From: Eledone cirrhosa
Lineage: Eukaryota
NCBI GenBank assembly: GCA_964016885.1
Contig: OZ024750.1
Coordinates: forward strand, 42,718,001-42,782,000
Length of the DNA: 64,000 nucleotides
Direction: 5' to 3'
Shown: positions 58,701 through 64,000 of the stretch, one piece after another
How positions within the stretch are numbered: the first letter of the stretch is position 1
How the letters are laid out: every line of letters begins with the position of its first letter
Made by a program: the position numbers and the translations under genes
Notes under the pieces: model-generated
Seen by the model: the letters and a program-made list of their open reading frames with translations, nothing else
Told to the model about the DNA's origin: nothing
Database searches by the model: none

Positions 58701-61700
58701 GTCATTGTCACTACCACAGTTGTCATCATCATTGTCATTGTCATCACCACAGTTGTCATCATCATTGTCATTGTCACCACCACAGTTGTCATCATCATTG
58801 TCACTGTCACCACCACAGTTGTCACCATCATTGTCATTGTCACCACCACAGTTGTCACCACCACAGCTGTCATCATCATTGTCATTGTCACCACCACAGT
58901 TGTCATCGTCATTGTCATTGTCATCACCACAGTTGTCATCATCATTGTCATTGTCACCACCACAGTTGTCACCATCATTGTCATTGTCACCACCACAGTT
59001 GTCATCATCATTGTCATTGTCACCACCACAGTTGTCATCGTCATTGTCATTGTCATCAACACAGTTGTCATCATCATTGTCATTGTCACCACCACAGTTG
59101 TCATCGTCATTGTCACTGTCACCACCACAGTTGTCATCATCATTGTAATTGTCACCACCACAGTTGTCATCATCATTGTCATTGTCACCACCACAGTTGT
59201 CACCACCACAGTTGTCATCATCATCGTCATTGTCACCACCACAGTTGTCATCATCATTGTCATTGTCACCACCACAGTTGTCATCATCATTGTCATTGTC
59301 ACCACCACAGTTGTCATCATCATTGTCATTGTCACCACCACAGTTGTCATCATCATTGTCATTGTCACCACCACAGTTGTCATCATCATTGTCATTGTCA
59401 CCACCACAGTTGTCATCATCATTATCACTGTCACCACCACAGTTGTCACCATCATTGTCATTGTCACCACCACAGTTGTCACCATCATTGTCATTGTCAC
59501 CACCACAGTTGTCATCATCATTGTCACTGTCACCACAAACAGTTGTCATCATCATTGTCATTGTCATCACCACAGTTGTCATCATCATTGTCATTGTCAC
59601 CACCACAGTTGTCATCATCATTGTCATTGTCACTACCACAGTTGTCATCATCATTGTCATTGTCATCACCACAGTTGTCATCATCATTGTCATTGTCACC
59701 ACCACAGTTGTCATCATCATTGTCATTGTCACCACCACAGTTGTCATCATCATTGTCATTGTCACTACCACAGTTGTCATCATCATTGTCATTGTCATCA
59801 CCACAGTTGTCATCATCATTGTCATTGTCATCACCAGAGTTGTCATCATCATTGTCATTGTCATCACCACAGTTGTCATCATCATTGTCATTGTCACCAC
59901 CACAGTTGTCACCATCATTGTCATTGTCACCACCACAGTTGGCACCACCACAGCTGTCATCATCATTGTCATTGTCACCACCACAGTTGTCATCATCATT
60001 GTCATTGTCATCACCACAGTTGTCATCATCATTGTCATTGTGAACCACCACAGTTGTCATCATCATTATCACTGTCACCACCACAGTTGTCACCATCATT
60101 GTCATTGTCACCACCACAGTTGTCACCATCATTGTCATTGTCACCACCACAGTTGTCATCATCATTGTCATTGTCACCACCACAGTTGTCATCATCATTG
60201 TCATTGTCACCACCACAGTTGTCATCGTCATAGTCATTGTCATCACCACAGTTGTCATCATCATTGTCATTGTCACCACCACAGTTGTCATCGTCATTGT
60301 CATTGTCACCACCACAGTTGTCATCATCATTGTCATTGTCACCACCACAGTTGTCATCATCATTGTCACTGTCACCACCTCAGTTGTCATCATCATTGTC
60401 ACAGTCACCACCACAGTTGTCATCGTCATTGTCATTGTCATCACCACAGTTGTCATCATCATTGTCATTGTCACCACCACAGTTGTCATCGTCATTGTCA
60501 TTGTCATCACCACAGTTGTCATCATCATTGTCATTGTCACCACCACAGTTGTCATCGTCATTGTCATTGTCACCACCACAGTTGTCATGGTCATTGTCAT
60601 TGTCACCACCACAGTTGTCATCATCATTGTCACTGTCACCACCACAGTTGTCATCATCATTGTCACTGTCACCACCACAGTTGTCATCATCATTGTCACC
60701 ACCACAGTTGTCATCATCATTGTCATTGTCACCACCACAGTTGTCCTCATCATTGTCATTGTCACCACCACAGTTGTCATCGTCATTGTCACTGTTACCA
60801 CCACAGTTGTCATCATCATTGTAATCGTCACCACCACAGTTGTCATCGTCATTGTCACTGTCACCACCACAGTTGTCATCATCATTGTAATTGTCATCAC
60901 CACAGTTGTCATCATCATTGTCATTGTCACCACCACAGATGTCATCGTCATTGTCATTTTCATCACCACAGTTGTCATCATCATTGTCATTGTCACCACC
61001 ACAGTTGTCATCGTCATTGTCACTGTCACCACCACAGTTGTCATCATCATTGTAATTGTCACCAACACAGTTGTCATCATCATTGTCACTGTCACCCCCA
61101 CAGTTGTCATCATCATTGTCACTGGCACCACCACAGTTGTCATCATCATTGTCATTGTCATCACCACAGTTGTCATCATCATTGTCATTGTCACCACCAC
61201 AGTTGTCATCATCATTGTCATTGTCACCACCACAGTTGTCATCATCATTGTCTTTGTCACCACCACAGTTGTCATCATCATCGTCACTGTCACCACCACA
61301 GTTGTCATCATCATTGTCATTGTCATCACCACAGTTGTCATCATCATTGTCACTGTCACCACCACAGTTGTCATCATCATTGTCATTGTCACCAACACAG
61401 TTGTCACCATCATTGTCATTGTCACCACCACAGTTGTCATCATCATTGTCACTGTCACCACCACAGTTGTCATCATCATTGTCACTGTCACCACCACAGT
61501 TGTCATCATCATTGTCATTGTCACCACCACAGTTGTCATCATCATTGTCACTGTCACCACCACAGTTGTCATCATCATTGTCATTGTCACCACCACAGTT
61601 GTCATCATCATTGTCATTGTCACCAACACAGTTGTCACCATCATTGTCATTGTCACCACCACAGTTGTCATCATCATTGTCATTGTCACCAACACAGTTG

Positions 61701-64000
61701 TCATCATCATTGTCATTGTCACCACCACAGTTGTCATCATCATTGTCACTGTCACCACCACAGTTGTCATCATCATTGTCATTGTCACCACCACAGTTGT
61801 CATCATCATTGTCATTGTCACCACCACAGTTGTCATCATCATTGTCATTGTCACCACCACAGTTGTCATCATCATTGTCACTGTCACCACCACAGTTGTC
61901 ATCATCATTGTCATTGTCACCACCACAGTTGTCATCATCATTGTCATTGTCACCACCACAGTTGTCATCGTCATTGTCACTGTCACCACCACAGTTGTCA
62001 TCATCATTGTCACTGTCACCACCACAGTTGTCATCATCATTGTCACTGTCACCACCACAGTTGTCATCATCATTGTCACTGTCAGCACCACAGTTGTCAT
62101 CATCATTGTCATTGTCACCAACACAGTTGTCACCATCATTGTCATTGTCACCACCACAGTTGTCATCATCATTGTCTTTGTCACCACCACAGTTGTCATC
62201 ATCATTGTCATTGTCATCACCACAGTTGTCATCATCATTGTCACTGTCACCACCACAGTTGTCATCATCATTGTCACTGTCACCACCACAGTTGTCATCA
62301 TCATTGTCACTGTCACCACCACAGTTGTCATCATCATTGTCACCACCATAGCTGTCATCATCATTGTCTTTGTCACCACCACAGTTGTCAACATTATTGT
62401 CATTGTCACCACCACAGTTGTCATCATCATTGTCATTGTCACCACCACAGTTGTCATCATCATTGTCACTGTCACCACCACAGTTGTCATCATCATTGTC
62501 AGTGTCATCACCACAGTTGTCATCATCATTGTCACTGTCACCACCACAGTTGTCATCATCATTGTCATTGTCACCACCACAGTTGTCATCATCATTGTCA
62601 TTGTCACCACCACAGTTGTCATCGTCATTGTCATTGTCATCACCACAGTTGTCATCATCATTGTCACTGTCACCACCACAGTTGTCATCATCATTTTCAT
62701 TGTCACCACCACAGTTGTCATCGTCATTGTCATTGTCATCACCACAGTTTTCATCATCATTGTCACTGTCACCACCACAGTTGTCATCATCATTGTCATT
62801 GTCATCACCACAGTTGTCATCATCATTGTCATTGTCACCACCACAGTTGTCATCATCATTGTCATTGTCATCACCACAGTTGTCATCATCATTGTCACTG
62901 TCACCACCACAGTTGTCATCATCATTGTCATTGTCATCACCACAGTTGTCATCATCATTGTCATTGTCACCACCACAGTTGTCATCGTCATTGTCATTGT
63001 CACCACCACAGTTGTCATCATCATTGTCATTGTCATCACCACAGTTGTCATCATCATTGTCACTGTCACCAACACAGTTGTCACCATCATTGTCATTGTC
63101 ACCACCACAGCTGTCATCATCATTGTCATTGTCACCACCACAGTTGTCATCGTCATTGTCATTGTCATCACCACAGTTGTCATCATCATTGTCATTGTCA
63201 CCACCACAGTTGTCACCATCATTGTCATTGTCACCACCACAGTTGTCACCACCACAGCTGTCATCATCATTGTCATTGTCACCACCACAGTTGTCATCAT
63301 CATTGTCACTGTCACCACCACAGTTGTCATCATCATTGTTATTGTCACCACCACAGTTGTCATCATCATCTTCACTGTCACTACCACAGTTGTCATCATC
63401 ATTGTCATTGTCACTACCACAGTTGTCATCATCATTGTCATTGTCACCAACACAGTTGTCATCATCATTGTCATTGTCACCACCACAGTTGTCATCATCA
63501 TTGTCATTGTCACCACCACAGTTGTCATCTCTGTTGTCACTGTCACCACCACAGTTGTCATCATCATTGTCATTGTCACCACCACAGTTGTCATCTCTGT
63601 TGTCACTGTCACCACCACAGTTGTCATCATCATTGTCATTGTCACCACCACAGTTGTCATCATCATTGTCATTGTCACTACCACAGTTGTCATCATCATT
63701 GTCATTGTCACCACCACAGTTGTCATCATCGTTGTCATTGTCAACACCACAGTTGTCATCATCATTGTCACTGTCACCAACACAGTTGTCATCATCATTG
63801 TCATTGTCACCACCACAGTTGTCATCTTTGTTGTCACTGTCACCACCACAGTTGTCATCATCATTGTCATTGTCACCACCACAGTTGTCATCATCATTGT
63901 CATTGTCACTACCACAGTTGTCATCATCATCATCATTGTCACCACCACAGTTGTCATCATCATTGTCACTGTAACCACCACAGTTGTCACCATCATTGTC
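49771..64000. repeat. Higher-order repeat copy C, more diverged and truncated by the window end
   Basis: ATTGCACC 57913, CACAAACA 59534, ATGGTCATT ~60587, CCATAGCTG 62346 and ATCTCTGTT monomers ~63527 occur in the same order as in A/B. Offset to B is about 21.5 kb. The left boundary is approximate. Confidence 0.75.
50180..58700. repeat. ~4.2-4.3 kb tandem duplication within copy C
   Basis: ACTGTAACC 50441/54772 and GTCAACACC 50510/54841 (offset 4331). ATTGCACC 53702/57913 (offset 4211). Confidence 0.85.

Larger units (their letters stand above)
1..64000. repeat. 33-bp tandem satellite array, consensus GTTGTCATCATCATTGTCAYTGTCACCACCACA, running off both window ends
   Basis: Monomer read directly from base 1 (1-33 GTTGTCATCATCATTGTCACTGTCACCACCACA) and repeated head-to-tail to base 64000. 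The ORF track shows 11-aa periodicity in all open frames. No inversion or unique insertion seen. Confidence 0.99.

Noticed and set aside
281-63996. Giant ORFs (up to 6723 aa) as real CDS
   Set aside because: They overlap on both strands and in several frames, switch peptide type at indels, and have no unique N- or C-terminal domain. In the V/I/T and M/T/V frames codons are purine-pyrimidine-N, at least two substitutions from any stop, so openness is expected without selection.
1-64000. CRISPR array (repeat length 33 bp is in range)
   Set aside because: Monomers abut directly with no unique spacers, no leader and no cas genes.
1-64000. Poly-selenocysteine or UGA-recoded protein in the sixth frame (WW*Q*Q***QL)
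   Set aside because: The TGA codons are simply the complement of the TCA sub-repeat. No SECIS-like hairpin or evidence of an alternative genetic code is visible in the window.
1-64000. Canonical telomeric repeat or stable G-quadruplex array
   Set aside because: There is no TTAGGG, TTAGG or TTTAGGG unit, only two GG dinucleotides per monomer on the minus strand. Inherited multi-kb variant patterns indicate recombinational rather than template-directed synthesis.
1-64000. Transposon, LTR, tRNA or rRNA embedded in the array
   Set aside because: No non-monomer sequence longer than a few bases, no inverted termini and no target-site duplications were seen.
1-64000. Pure sequencing or synthetic artefact
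   Set aside because: Rare variants recur in conserved order at fixed multi-kb offsets with nested history, as expected for a natural array. Local misassembly of individual duplications cannot be excluded.

Overview
The whole 64 kb window is one uninterrupted, single-orientation satellite array of about 1,940 copies (64000/33) of a 33-bp monomer, consensus GTTGTCATCATCATTGTCAYTGTCACCACCACA. The consensus is 42-45% GC, C-rich and G-poor on the + strand, and has no CpG. I found no unique sequence, recognisable gene, RNA gene, transposon or CRISPR array. The giant ORFs in the track are best explained by a 33-bp (11-codon) unit that lacks stops in five of six frames. The real information is in rare monomer variants, which I read by eye without alignment. 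They show a ~20.6-22.3 kb higher-order duplication (two full copies with a mappable junction near 29.03 kb, plus a more diverged third copy), nested 1-4.5 kb duplications, and a few frameshifting indels. The most intriguing signal is that the commonest variants are synonymous in the (CHHHCHCHHHS)n frame, but a purely mutational explanation is at least as likely. A eukaryotic heterochromatic origin is likely (inference from array size). The sequence alone does not demonstrate a new biological system.
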